Origin: an uncultured Lachnospiraceae bacterium
GTDB taxonomy: Bacteria; Bacillota; Clostridia; Lachnospirales; Lachnospiraceae
Assembly: GCA_946624935.1 (NCBI GenBank)
Contig: CAMOSN010000002.1
Coordinates: 30,786 to 94,785 of the forward strand
Direction of reading: 5' to 3'
DNA: 64,000 nucleotides
Shown: positions 7,837-17,452 of the stretch, in pieces
How positions within the stretch are numbered: position 1 is the first letter of the stretch
Layout of the letters: each line of letters begins with the position of its first letter
Made by a program: the position numbers and the translations under genes
The notes under the pieces: model-generated
Database searches by the model: none
Told to the model about the DNA's origin: nothing
The model's input: only the letters and a program-made list of their open reading frames with translations

Positions 7837-10233
7837 ATGCGCTACGGGAGGTTTGACAATGCAGCCAGGGAATATGTGATCGAGCGGGTGGATCTGCCGG
7901 TTTCCTGGACGAATTATCTTGGAGTGGAAAATACCTGCGCGGTGGTGAATCATACGGCAGGAGGGTATATGTTTTACAAGTCTCCGGAATACCACCGGGT
8001 GACCCGCTTCCGCGGCAACGGCGTCCCGATGGACAGGCCGGGCCACTATGTGTATATCCGGGATGATGAAACCGGGGAGTTTTTCAGCATTTCCTGGCAG
8101 CCGGTTGGAAAACCTCTGCAGAAGGCACAATATCGGTGCCGGCATGGGCTGTCCTATACGATTTATGAGTGCGAAACGGACGGCCTTCGTGCTTCGCAAA
8201 GACTGTCTGTGCCGCTGGGGGAGGATGTGGAGCTGTGGGATGTAACGATCGAAAACGTCTCCGAGCGGCAAAAGGATATCCGGGTATTCTCCTATCTGGA
8301 GTTCTCCTTTCATCACATTTCCATCGATAATCAGAATTTTCAGATGAGCCTGTACTGCGCGGGGTCTTCATTCGCGGACGGGATCATTGAGCATGACCTG
8401 TTCTATGAGGAATTCGGGTATCAGTTCTTTACTTCGGATTTTGAGGCAGACGGATATGACTGTGTGCGGGATATCTTTCTTGGTACCTACGGGTCGGAAA
8501 GCGCCCCGGCAGCGGTGATGCGGGGAAATTGCTTCGGGTCGTCGGAGAAAGGAGGCAATCACTGCGGAAGCCTGCAGAAAAACCTGAGTCTGGCTCCGGG
8601 AGAAAAGGTACGGATGATTTTCATGCTCGGCGAGGGAGACCGGGAAGCGGGCAGAAGGATCCGTACGAAGTACCGGGATCACAGGGAAGTGGACGCATCC
8701 TATGCGCAGATGGCGGCCTTCTGGGAAGAGAAGCTTGGACGGCTGCAGATCCGCACGCCCAATGAAGCAATGAATACCATGATCAATATCTGGACGCTGT
8801 ATCAGGCAGAGATCAATGTCATGTTTTCGCGGTTTGCCTCTTTTATCGAAGTGGGCGGACGTACGGGTCTGGGGTACCGGGACACGGCACAGGATGCCAT
8901 GACGATCCCGCATTCTGCGCCGGAAGGCTGTGCCATGCGGATCAGGCAGCTGCTCAATGGACTGACCAGCGCAGGATACGGCCTTCACCTGTTTGAACCC
9001 CGATGGTTTGAACCGGAGGAGAAAGGAAAAAAGAAACCCTTCCGGTCACCGACCGTTGTGCCGGGAATCCGTAAAAATGAGATCATCCACGGAATTGAGG
9101 ACGTATGCGCGGATGACGCGCTGTGGCTTGTCCCGACGATCGTGGAATATATCCGTGAGACCGGGGACCTGTCTTTTGCAGATGAGATCATTCCCTACGC
9201 TGACCAGGGAAAAGGCACGGTGTATGAGCATATGAAGCGGATCCTGGAGTTTTCGGCGGAGCAGGTCGGAAAAAGCGGTATCTGCAAAGGGCTGCGGGCG
9301 GACTGGAATGACTGCCTCAATCTTGGCGGTGGCGAAAGTGCTATGGTTTCCTTTCTGCATTACTGGGCGCTGGGGCATTTTATCTCCCTGGCGCATTATC
9401 TGGGCAGAGAAGAGGACGCCGCGCATTTTGAACAGATGGCATCGCACGTAAGGCAGGTGTGCGACGAGCAACTCTGGGACGGACAATGGTATATCCGCGG
9501 GATTACCCGGAACGGAAAAAGAATCGGGTGCAGCTCGGATGAGGAAGGGCGGATCCATCTGGAGAGCAATGCCTGGGCTGTCCTTTCAGGCGCGGCGCCT
9601 GTTTCCAAAGGCCGGCAGGCAATGGACAGTGTGTACGGGCAGCTCTTCACTCCCTATGGGATCCGTCTGAACGCTCCGTCCTATACCAGGCCGGATGATG
9701 ATATCGGCTTTATTACGCGTGTGTATCCGGGCGTCAAGGAAAACGGATCCATCTTTTCCCATCCCAATCCCTGGGCCTGGGCAGCTGAATGTGTACTGGG
9801 CCGGGGAGACCGTGCGATGGAAATGTATAATGCGCTTTGTCCCTGTCTTCAGAATGACCGGATCGAGATCCGGCAGGCAGAGCCGTATTCCTACTGCCAG
9901 TTCATTATGGGGCCGGATCATACAGCGTATGGAAGAGCGCGGCATCCTTTTATGACCGGATCCGGAGGCTGGGCGTACTTCTCAGCGACCCGCTTTATGC
10001 TTGGGATCCGGCCGGATTTCGATGAGCTGATCGTGGACCCGTGTATCCCGGAAACGTGGGATGGATTTGAAGTGAAACGTATATGGCGGGGAGCTGTTTA
10101 TCACATCCGGGTGGAGAACCCCTGCCATGTTTCGAAGGGGGTAAAGCAGATCCGGGTGAATCAGCTCGAAACAGATCGGATCCTGGCTGCCGGGCAGGGA
10201 GAAGAAGTGTATGTGACGGTTGTGATGGGGTAA
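7837..10233 (+). CDS. GH94 disaccharide phosphorylase (cellobiose/chitobiose phosphorylase family)
   Basis: About 798 aa. The N-terminus MRYGRFDNAAREYVIERVDLPVSWTNYLG and overall length match GH94 phosphorylases. ATG 7837 was chosen; the ORF-track start 7738 adds a non-homologous extension. Confidence 0.85.
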   Translation: MRYGRFDNAAREYVIERVDLPVSWTNYLGVENTCAVVNHTAGGYMFYKSPEYHRVTRFRGNGVPMDRPGHYVYIRDDETGEFFSISWQPVGKPLQKAQYRCRHGLSYTIYECETDGLRASQRLSVPLGEDVELWDVTIENVSERQKDIRVFSYLEFSFHHISIDNQNFQMSLYCAGSSFADGIIEHDLFYEEFGYQFFTSDFEADGYDCVRDIFLGTYGSESAPAAVMRGNCFGSSEKGGNHCGSLQKNLSLAPGEKVRMIFMLGEGDREAGRRIRTKYRDHREVDASYAQMAAFWEEKLGRLQIRTPNEAMNTMINIWTLYQAEINVMFSRFASFIEVGGRTGLGYRDTAQDAMTIPHSAPEGCAMRIRQLLNGLTSAGYGLHLFEPRWFEPEEKGKKKPFRSPTVVPGIRKNEIIHGIEDVCADDALWLVPTIVEYIRETGDLSFADEIIPYADQGKGTVYEHMKRILEFSAEQVGKSGICKGLRADWNDCLNLGGGESAMVSFLHYWALGHFISLAHYLGREEDAAHFEQMASHVRQVCDEQLWDGQWYIRGITRNGKRIGCSSDEEGRIHLESNAWAVLSGAAPVSKGRQAMDSVYGQLFTPYGIRLNAPSYTRPDDDIGFITRVYPGVKENGSIFSHPNPWAWAAECVLGRGDRAMEMYNALCPCLQNDRIEIRQAEPYSYCQFIMGPDHTAYGRARHPFMTGSGGWAYFSATRFMLGIRPDFDELIVDPCIPETWDGFEVKRIWRGAVYHIRVENPCHVSKGVKQIRVNQLETDRILAAGQGEEVYVTVVMG

Positions 10234-10306
10234 AGACTGAGGAAGAGGACTCTGTCGCAATATAACAGGTTTTGATCGGTAAATCAGAAATCATGAGGGG
10301 ATGAGT

Positions 10307-12094
10307 ATGAAACGCGGGAGAAACCGTAAACTGACAGCCGGGATGGTCCGTGTGATCGTGACCTTCTGGATGATTCCCTATATTGCAGTATCGTCCATCC
10401 TGTTCGCGGTATATAACCGCTACAGCCAGCAGCAGATCGGACATACGGTGTGCGCCAGCATGGAGAATGCTGGCCTGATTCTTGCGGAGAAGATCAGTGC
10501 CGTGATCGAAATGTCGCGGCAGGCTTCCTATGACGGTGTGATCAAGAGAAGCTACGAGCAATACCGTAAGGACGGGGATGAGAGCGCGATGCACCAGGAG
10601 GTGACGGATTATCTGAACCGGACGTATAAATACAGTAAAACGATCTCCAATACGATCCTGCTGTATAATGATCCGGTGAAGATGGAATACTATACCTATA
10701 GTAATGTTGCCGGGGCAACCTATGCCAGCATTGACGAATTCCGGACCAGAACCGCGCAGGCGGTGCGGATGGCTGCGAAAGATCTCGGGACCAGCACCCG
10801 TCTGACGGACATCGATGGGCATCTGTATGTGGTGCGGAATATCGTGCGGAGCAATTATGATCCGTTTGCAACGCTTGTAATGGAAGTCAATAAGGACCGC
10901 CTTTTTGAGAGTACGGACAATGTCATCTGGAATAAGAGCGGCATCGTTGTACTGGACGGAGCCTTGCTCCGGCGGATCCCGGAGGATCTGTCCGGCGCTG
11001 CGGGGGGAATCGAAGAGACGCTGAAATCCGGTATGGCTTCTGTCGCTCTGCCTCGGGAAGGAGAAACAGCAGCCTGGTATGACCGGAAAAAGATGCAGGC
11101 GCTGTGTGCTTTGAAAATCAACGGTCAGGTGATTTTCTTTGCAAGTGAACTGGACCGGACGCAGCTGGTGGGCAGTCATGCGGTTTTTCTTGCAGTATAT
11201 ATTGTGGCGTTTCTTCTGCTGATCCCATTGCTGATCGCAACCTTTTCCTACCTGTATAAGAATATCAATCAGCCGGTAGGGGCTTTGATGAAGGGATCGG
11301 AGAAGATCCGAAATGGAGAATACGGGTACAGGCTGGAAACTTTTGATAAGAATGAAGAGATGGGCCAGCTGGTAGATACGTTCAATCTTATGTCGTGCAG
11401 TCTGGAGGAATCCTTCCGGCGGATCTATGTGGAGGAGATCGCGGAACGCGACGCGACCCTTAAAGCGCTGCAGTCACAGATCAATCCGCATTTTCTGAAC
11501 AATACACTGGAGATCATCAACTGGAAAGCCAGACTTTCCGGAAACGAGGATGTCAGTGAGATGATCGGCGCACTCAGCGTTATGATGAACGCAACGCTCA
11601 ACCGCAGCAACGAAATGTTCATTCCGCTTTCGGAGGAGCTTTCCTACGTGGATGCGTATCTTTACATTATCCACGAGCGTTTTGGAAAGAAATTCCGTTT
11701 TACAGAGGAAATAGATGAATCCCTGCTGAATGTGAAGATCCCGAGGCTGATCATCCAGCCGATCGTCGAGAATGCGGTGGAGCACGGAGGGGATGCGTAC
11801 GGAAATATTGAGGGCAGGCTGAAGGCAGAGAGAAGAGACGGGGCGCTGGTGATCACGGTGGAGAATAACGGCGTGCTTTCCCCGGAGGACCGTAGAAAGA
11901 TCGATGCGCTGCTGGAGGACGACCGGCCCGGGGAGCGCGAAGATCTTGACCGGATGAGCATCGGGATTCGCAATGTAAATCTGAGACTGCATCTGATCTA
12001 CGGGGGTGACAGCGGTCTGCGGATTGAAAATGACGGATCCGGCCATACGGTCAGTACGCTGCAGATCCGAAATGAACAAAGGGATCACAAGTAA
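10307..12094 (+). CDS. sensor histidine kinase, YesM/LytS-type
   Basis: Two TM segments flank a sensor domain. HAMP is followed by His_kinase motif LQSQINPHFLNNTLEII and a HATPase C-terminus (QPIVENAVEHG). Paired with the AraC-type response regulator at 15506. Confidence 0.85.
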   Translation: MKRGRNRKLTAGMVRVIVTFWMIPYIAVSSILFAVYNRYSQQQIGHTVCASMENAGLILAEKISAVIEMSRQASYDGVIKRSYEQYRKDGDESAMHQEVTDYLNRTYKYSKTISNTILLYNDPVKMEYYTYSNVAGATYASIDEFRTRTAQAVRMAAKDLGTSTRLTDIDGHLYVVRNIVRSNYDPFATLVMEVNKDRLFESTDNVIWNKSGIVVLDGALLRRIPEDLSGAAGGIEETLKSGMASVALPREGETAAWYDRKKMQALCALKINGQVIFFASELDRTQLVGSHAVFLAVYIVAFLLLIPLLIATFSYLYKNINQPVGALMKGSEKIRNGEYGYRLETFDKNEEMGQLVDTFNLMSCSLEESFRRIYVEEIAERDATLKALQSQINPHFLNNTLEIINWKARLSGNEDVSEMIGALSVMMNATLNRSNEMFIPLSEELSYVDAYLYIIHERFGKKFRFTEEIDESLLNVKIPRLIIQPIVENAVEHGGDAYGNIEGRLKAERRDGALVITVENNGVLSPEDRRKIDALLEDDRPGEREDLDRMSIGIRNVNLRLHLIYGGDSGLRIENDGSGHTVSTLQIRNEQRDHK

Positions 12095-12252
12095 AACAAC
12101 GCGGGACAAGAATAAGCAAGCACAGACAAAAACGTGCACAAAACAGACAATTGAAAGCAAACTCCCTGCAAGAAGGTTCATTCACTTTTTCCGTCCGGGA
12201 AGCTATCATGTAATCAGCATTGAAAACCGGGAAAACAAAGGAGGTTTCCATT

Positions 12253-13524
12253 ATGAGAAAGAATCATGTGATTACACTGGCAGGAATCATGGCAGTATCT
12301 GCCGTACTGGCAGCACCGGCCTTTGCAGAGGGAGTAACGATCAATGTTACGACAACTTATGCAGGTGAAGACAGCAACGCTCAGAATTTCAAGGACAGTG
12401 TTGCGGCATGGGAAGAGGAGAGCGGCAACAAAGTAGAAGACAGCTCTGCCACATCGGATGAGTCCTTCAAATCCCGCATCATCACGGACTTTGAGGCAGG
12501 AAGCGAGCCAGATGTACTGTTTTTCTTCAATGGCGTTGATTCCAATCAGTTCGTGGAACAGGGCAAGGTGGTTTCCATCGATGAAATTCGTGAGGTCTAT
12601 CCGGAATATGCTTCGAATATGAAGGATGAGATGCTCGGCGCTTCTCCGGTGGACGGGGTGAATTACTCTGTACCGGTCAACGGCTACTGGGAAGGTCTTT
12701 TCGTCAACAAAGACGTACTGAACGCAGCCGGGGTGGAAGTCCCCACGATCGATACAACCTGGGAGGACTTTCTGAAGGATTGTGAAGCCATCAAGGAAGC
12801 GGGTTATACGCCGATCGCTGCTTCGCTGCAGGAAATCCCGCATTACTGGTTTGAATATGCCATCTACAATTTCCAGAGCCCGCAGACACATAATACTGTG
12901 CCGGAGAGCGTTGACGACGAATACGGACAGGCCTGGGTGAACGGCCTGAACGATATCAAGGCACTCTATGAGGCAGGTTATTTCCCGGAGAATACGCTGA
13001 CGGCAACGGATGCAGAAACGTTCCAGCTGTTTACGACAGACAAGGCAGCCTTCCTGATCGACGGATCCTGGAAAATCGGCGGCATCACCGAAGCTGTGGA
13101 TGACATCGATCATTTCGCAGTCGTAAACGTTCCCGGAAAAGGCGATCGTAAGACAACCGATGAGATCGGCGGACTCTCCATGGGATATTACATCACCAGG
13201 AAAGCATGGGAGGATGAAGAGAAGAGAGACGCGGCTGTCAGTTTTGTCTCCTTCATGACCTCCGACGAAGTGGTATCCAAATTCTCGGGTGTTTCTGCTA
13301 CCGCTCTGAAAGATGGCGCTTCCCCGGACGTGAGCGAATTCAATGCACTCCAGCTCAGTGCTCTGGACTACACTGCATCCATTACCGGCATTTGCCCGGC
13401 TGTGCAGGATAATCTTTCCGCTGCAGCGCGTGAACCGATCTTTGCCGACATGGCTTCCATCGTAAAAGGAGATGTGGACGCAGCCGATGCAGTTGCAGCT
13501 GTTCTGGAAGCAAATGCAGAATAA
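12253..13524 (+). CDS. ABC sugar transporter substrate-binding lipoprotein/protein
   Basis: Signal peptide MRKNHVITLAGIMAVSAVLAAPAFA, and size and composition typical of family-1 extracellular solute-binding proteins. AGGAGG lies 9 nt upstream of ATG 12253. Confidence 0.85.
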   Translation: MRKNHVITLAGIMAVSAVLAAPAFAEGVTINVTTTYAGEDSNAQNFKDSVAAWEEESGNKVEDSSATSDESFKSRIITDFEAGSEPDVLFFFNGVDSNQFVEQGKVVSIDEIREVYPEYASNMKDEMLGASPVDGVNYSVPVNGYWEGLFVNKDVLNAAGVEVPTIDTTWEDFLKDCEAIKEAGYTPIAASLQEIPHYWFEYAIYNFQSPQTHNTVPESVDDEYGQAWVNGLNDIKALYEAGYFPENTLTATDAETFQLFTTDKAAFLIDGSWKIGGITEAVDDIDHFAVVNVPGKGDRKTTDEIGGLSMGYYITRKAWEDEEKRDAAVSFVSFMTSDEVVSKFSGVSATALKDGASPDVSEFNALQLSALDYTASITGICPAVQDNLSAAAREPIFADMASIVKGDVDAADAVAAVLEANAE

Positions 13525-13578
13525 TTGTTCATCAAAACGAGATGTGTCCCTGACAGGCATGTCCGGTTGATCATGAGA

Positions 13579-13608
13579 GGGGCTGCCGATCCGGCAGCCC
13601 TTTCATTT
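13579..13608 (+). terminator. intercistronic GC hairpin (partial terminator or mRNA stabiliser) after the binding-protein gene
   Basis: gggctgccg-atc-cggcagccc followed by tttcattt, located between the SBP gene and the first permease gene. Confidence 0.45.
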
Positions 13609-13646
13609 ACACGGAGGAAGATCATTCAGACGAAAGGAAACAGATC

Positions 13647-14540
13647 ATGGGACCTTCGATATACAAAAACAAAAAGCGGATATGGGTGTTTCTTGCGCCT
13701 GCGTTTGCCTTTATGGTTGTTTATCTGTATTACCCGTTTATACAGAATATCCTGAACAGCTTTATGCATATTAAATATATGGGTACGGCAGGCGGTGAGT
13801 GGAACAGCCCCTGGTATAAGAATTATCTGACGCTTCTGTCAGATCCCAAAATGCGCATTGCATTGAAAAACACCGGAATCACCATTGCAGCGACGATCAT
13901 TGGACAGGTGGGAATTGCACTGGTACTGTCTCTTCTGGTGAGCAATATTGAAAGGGGCTCCGGTTTTTTCCGTACCGTCTTCTTTTTTCCGATCGTGGTT
14001 TCTGCTACGGCGCTTGGCCTGCTCTTCAACCTGGTCTTTCTTTACGACAAAGGAATGGTGAACCAGTTTCTGCAGTTTGCAGGGGTATTGAACCGTGAAG
14101 CGAACCAGCTGATCGACTGGAAATCAAAGTACCCGATGTTTACAATGCTCACACCGGTCATCTGGCAGTATGTCGGGTTTTATTTTGTAATTCTGCTGAC
14201 CGGACTGGCCGGAATCCCGGAGGATCTGTATGAAGCGGCAACGATCGATGGTGCCGGCAGATGGCAGCGGGTGAGGTATATCAGCCTTCCTCTGCTGCGT
14301 GGGAGCATCAGTACGTGCGTGATCCTGGCGGTGACCGGAGCGCTGAAAGTGTTTGATCTTCCCTGGACAATGTTCGTGAACGGAATGTCAAATACCTGGC
14401 TCACAGGCACCTATATGTATTCCAAGGTTTACAGTGATGTGGACTATGCCTCTGCGATTGCGGTGGTGATCGTGGTGATCGGCGTGATTCTGTCAGCGGC
14501 AGTCAACCGGATATTCGGCAAAACAGAAGATTTCCAGTGA
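13647..14540 (+). CDS. carbohydrate ABC transporter permease (MalF/LacF-like)
   Basis: Six predicted TM segments and an EAA-loop motif LYEAATIDGAGRWQRVRYISLPLL. Confidence 0.9.
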   Translation: MGPSIYKNKKRIWVFLAPAFAFMVVYLYYPFIQNILNSFMHIKYMGTAGGEWNSPWYKNYLTLLSDPKMRIALKNTGITIAATIIGQVGIALVLSLLVSNIERGSGFFRTVFFFPIVVSATALGLLFNLVFLYDKGMVNQFLQFAGVLNREANQLIDWKSKYPMFTMLTPVIWQYVGFYFVILLTGLAGIPEDLYEAATIDGAGRWQRVRYISLPLLRGSISTCVILAVTGALKVFDLPWTMFVNGMSNTWLTGTYMYSKVYSDVDYASAIAVVIVVIGVILSAAVNRIFGKTEDFQ

Positions 14541-14553
14541 CAGGAGGGGAAAG

Positions 14554-15411
14554 ATGAAAAAGAAAAAAATCCGCTTCGGAATGATTGTGGTTTATCTGAT
14601 CCTCATCCTCTGGGCCCTGACCACGATCTTTCCGCTATGCTGGTCGGTAATGAATTCCTTTAAAAACAAGAAGGTGATTTATAATAATTCCTTTGCGCTG
14701 CCGTTTGGGGAAGCCTTCTCACTGGAAAACTACCGGAATATTTTTGCCAATTACAATATCCTCAGCGCCTACCGCAACAGTTTTATCATTTCGGGAAGCG
14801 TGGCGGCGGTGGTGATTCTCCTGGCAGGCATGGCGGCCTATATTCTGTGCCGGTATGAATTCCGGGGCAAGACCCTGCTAAACCTTCTGCTTTATGCTGG
14901 CATGATGTTCCCGATCTATTCAACCATCATTCCGGTAATGCGAATGCAGGCGAAGTGGGGGATCGTAAATTCCTCTTCGGTAGGAGCAAATCTGCTGTCC
15001 GTGATCCTTCCGCAGATCGCCGGGAATATGTCCTTTGCGATCATTGTCCTGAGAGGATATATCCGGACACTCCCGGTAGAACTGGAAGAATCGGCATTTC
15101 TGGAAGGCTGCAGCATGTTTCAGACGTATTTCCGTGTAGTATTTCCACTGTGCAAGCCTTCCATGGTTACAGTCGGGATCTTCAGCTTCCTGTGGAGTTA
15201 CAATGACCTGTTCACTCAGATGTTCTTCCTGCGGACAAAGGAGAACTGGGCCATCACGATTCTGCTCAACAATATCGCCTCCAAGGAAGGCGTCAACTAC
15301 GGTGCACTGTTTGCCTCGGTAACACTGATCGTCATTCCGGTGCTGATCGTCTATATGTTCCTGAACCGGTATATTATTCAGGGAATGACGGTTGGAGCAG
15401 TGAAGGGGTAA
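14554..15411 (+). CDS. carbohydrate ABC transporter permease (MalG/LacG-like)
   Basis: EAA-loop LEESAFLEGCSMFQTYFRVVFPL and a multi-TM profile. Confidence 0.9.
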   Translation: MKKKKIRFGMIVVYLILILWALTTIFPLCWSVMNSFKNKKVIYNNSFALPFGEAFSLENYRNIFANYNILSAYRNSFIISGSVAAVVILLAGMAAYILCRYEFRGKTLLNLLLYAGMMFPIYSTIIPVMRMQAKWGIVNSSSVGANLLSVILPQIAGNMSFAIIVLRGYIRTLPVELEESAFLEGCSMFQTYFRVVFPLCKPSMVTVGIFSFLWSYNDLFTQMFFLRTKENWAITILLNNIASKEGVNYGALFASVTLIVIPVLIVYMFLNRYIIQGMTVGAVKG

Positions 15412-15505
15412 ATGGAGAATGACCCTGAAGATACGGATACCCCGATGAGCGATCCGGTGTTATAATCTGATACAGGAATGGGGACAGGCAGCGGGGGAAA
15501 ACAAT

Positions 15506-16339
15506 ATGTATAAAGTGTTGATCGTGGACGATGAGCCGATCATCTGTGAGGGATTAAAAAGAAGTGTACGATGGGCCGGTTTCAACTGTGAGGTCGTCGG
15601 AACGGCCTCCAACGGACTGGAAGGGCTGGAACAGGTCCGGAAGCTTTCACCGGATATTCTGATCTCAGATATATCTATGAACAATATGGACGGATTGGCT
15701 ATGGTGGCAGCCATCAAATCCGAGCATCCCGAGATGGAAATCTGCCTGCTCACAGGATATCGGAATTTCGAGTATGCCCAGAGGGCAATCAAACTGGGTG
15801 TGACCAGATTTCTGCTGAAGCCCTCCAAAATGGACGAAATCGAGGAGGCAATTACTGCGATGACGGACAACTTGCGCAGCAGGGGAAACCTGGGGGCACA
15901 GATCATCGACAATCTCTGGGATATGCGTCTGGAGAAGGACCGTTATCTTTATGAGACCTTCATTGCAGGGAAACCGGAGGAGAAGGAAGGCACGGACAAC
16001 CGTGTGCGTGATTCCGAGGCAAACAGCTATGTCCTGAAAATGGCGCTGATCTATATGCTGGATCACTATACACAAAAGCTGAGTCTGGGGGATGTGGCGG
16101 AGCATTGTTATGTAAGCAGCTGGCATTTGAGCAAGCTGCTTAATCAATATACCGCGAGGGGCTTTTTTGAGATCATCAATCTGATGCGGCTCGATCAGGC
16201 AAAGGTTCTGCTGCAGGAAACCGGGAGCAAGATACAGGAGATCTCTGAAACCGTAGGCTTCCTGGATGTTGCCCATTTTTCCCGTATTTTCAAGAGCTAT
16301 GTCGGATGCTCCCCGAAGGAATACCGGGGAAGGAAATAA
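15506..16339 (+). CDS. response regulator with AraC-type HTH output (YesN-like)
   Basis: REC domain (MYKVLIVDDEPII.., DISMNNMDG, LLKPSK) plus a C-terminal AraC HTH (VAHFSRIFKSYVGCSPKEYR). Confidence 0.9.
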   Translation: MYKVLIVDDEPIICEGLKRSVRWAGFNCEVVGTASNGLEGLEQVRKLSPDILISDISMNNMDGLAMVAAIKSEHPEMEICLLTGYRNFEYAQRAIKLGVTRFLLKPSKMDEIEEAITAMTDNLRSRGNLGAQIIDNLWDMRLEKDRYLYETFIAGKPEEKEGTDNRVRDSEANSYVLKMALIYMLDHYTQKLSLGDVAEHCYVSSWHLSKLLNQYTARGFFEIINLMRLDQAKVLLQETGSKIQEISETVGFLDVAHFSRIFKSYVGCSPKEYRGRK

Positions 16340-16458
16340 AGCACAAGATGACGCTTTTCCGTTTATGGTGTATAATAATATCTGATCAGAGGATCGCACC
16401 AGAAACGTAAAGAAAACGCTTTATGAGCACGACAGAGATTGGAAAAGAGGAAAAAGAC

Positions 16459-16728
16459 ATGGCAAAGAAATCTGATACAGGTATTTCAGGCAAAAAAACG
16501 ACAGCAGTATCCAAAGAGGTGGAGCCGGATATCGTGAAGGCAGCAGAACCATCGGAGCTGTCTGTTTCCATACAGTCGGTGATGGGCGGGAGCATCAGTG
16601 TGGAAGAGATTATTGCCCGCGTGCATGCCGCGGCCCCGGATGCGACGGAGATCTATGTGAAGTCGGAAGAAAATAAGGCATATTATGTCGGAAAGAAAAA
16701 CCGGGGCTTTGTCGTTTTGTGGGAATAA
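16459..16728 (+). CDS. hypothetical small protein
   Basis: Charged, low-complexity N-terminus followed by a conserved-looking C-terminus (IYVKSEENKAYYVGKKNRGFVVLWE). Start is uncertain (16423 or 16459). Confidence 0.35.
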   Translation: MAKKSDTGISGKKTTAVSKEVEPDIVKAAEPSELSVSIQSVMGGSISVEEIIARVHAAAPDATEIYVKSEENKAYYVGKKNRGFVVLWE

Positions 16729-16739
16729 AAGCCTGCGCT

Positions 16740-17405
16740 TTATGGATGATGGACTACTGGCATTTCATTTTTATCGATCATCATTTCTGTCAGCGCCAGG
16801 GCCGCAATATCCTTTACTTCTTCTGCAGGGGTTGCAGGATTGATCCAATGATCGATCGAACCTGCCGGCAGAATGAGCGGCATTCTGTCATGAATTCTGG
16901 CAAGCTCACCGGATGGCTGCCTTGTGAGAATCGTAAAAAAGGGGAATCCGTTTTCGATTCGATATAAACCGGCCAGCCATGTAACGGTGGCTCCTTCGGG
17001 TTGAATCGTATATTTGCTGCCGATTTTCCGGGTACCGTCGGGACAGGAAAGGTGTTCCCATTCATAATACCAGGAGGCAGGGATAATGCAGCGGCGGCGC
17101 TGCCAGCATTCACGGAAGGTTGGCTTGTCTGCAGCAGTTTCAGAGCGGGCATTGATCAGGGGCTGGGAACGTTTGGTATGATCGCGCTCTGCCTGGCGGA
17201 AACCCCAGATCATCGGGAAAACGGAACGCTGTCCTTTGCTGCTTGAAGCGATCACCGGTGCGATATCCGTGGGCTTTACTTCCCCTTCGCAGACCACCGG
17301 CCGTCCCAGCTGATGGACCATTTTCCCCGCAAGGGGAGAACGCCGGGCGGCTTCAATGATGGGACGCAGCTCGGGAGACAATTCTACATAATATCTTGAG
17401 CACAT
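16740..17405 (-). CDS. SOS response-associated peptidase (SRAP/YedK family)
   Basis: Starts MCSRYY, with the catalytic Cys2 right after Met. INARSET and IHDRMPLIL motifs are present. The ORF-track TTG start (17429) actually contains the GGAG RBS for ATG 17405. Confidence 0.85.
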   Translation of the reverse strand: MCSRYYVELSPELRPIIEAARRSPLAGKMVHQLGRPVVCEGEVKPTDIAPVIASSSKGQRSVFPMIWGFRQAERDHTKRSQPLINARSETAADKPTFRECWQRRRCIIPASWYYEWEHLSCPDGTRKIGSKYTIQPEGATVTWLAGLYRIENGFPFFTILTRQPSGELARIHDRMPLILPAGSIDHWINPATPAEEVKDIAALALTEMMIDKNEMPVVHHP

Positions 17406-17452
17406 CGTAAGACATCTCCTTTCTGTCAAATGGAACCGGGGGCCTGTCCGGA

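Noticed and set aside
9995-13560. Long minus-strand ORFs (394 aa at 9995..11179; 235 aa at 11474..12181; 448 aa at 12214..13560)
   Set aside because: They are antisense to the GH94, histidine kinase and binding-protein genes and have no recognisable domains. This is typical of antisense open frames.
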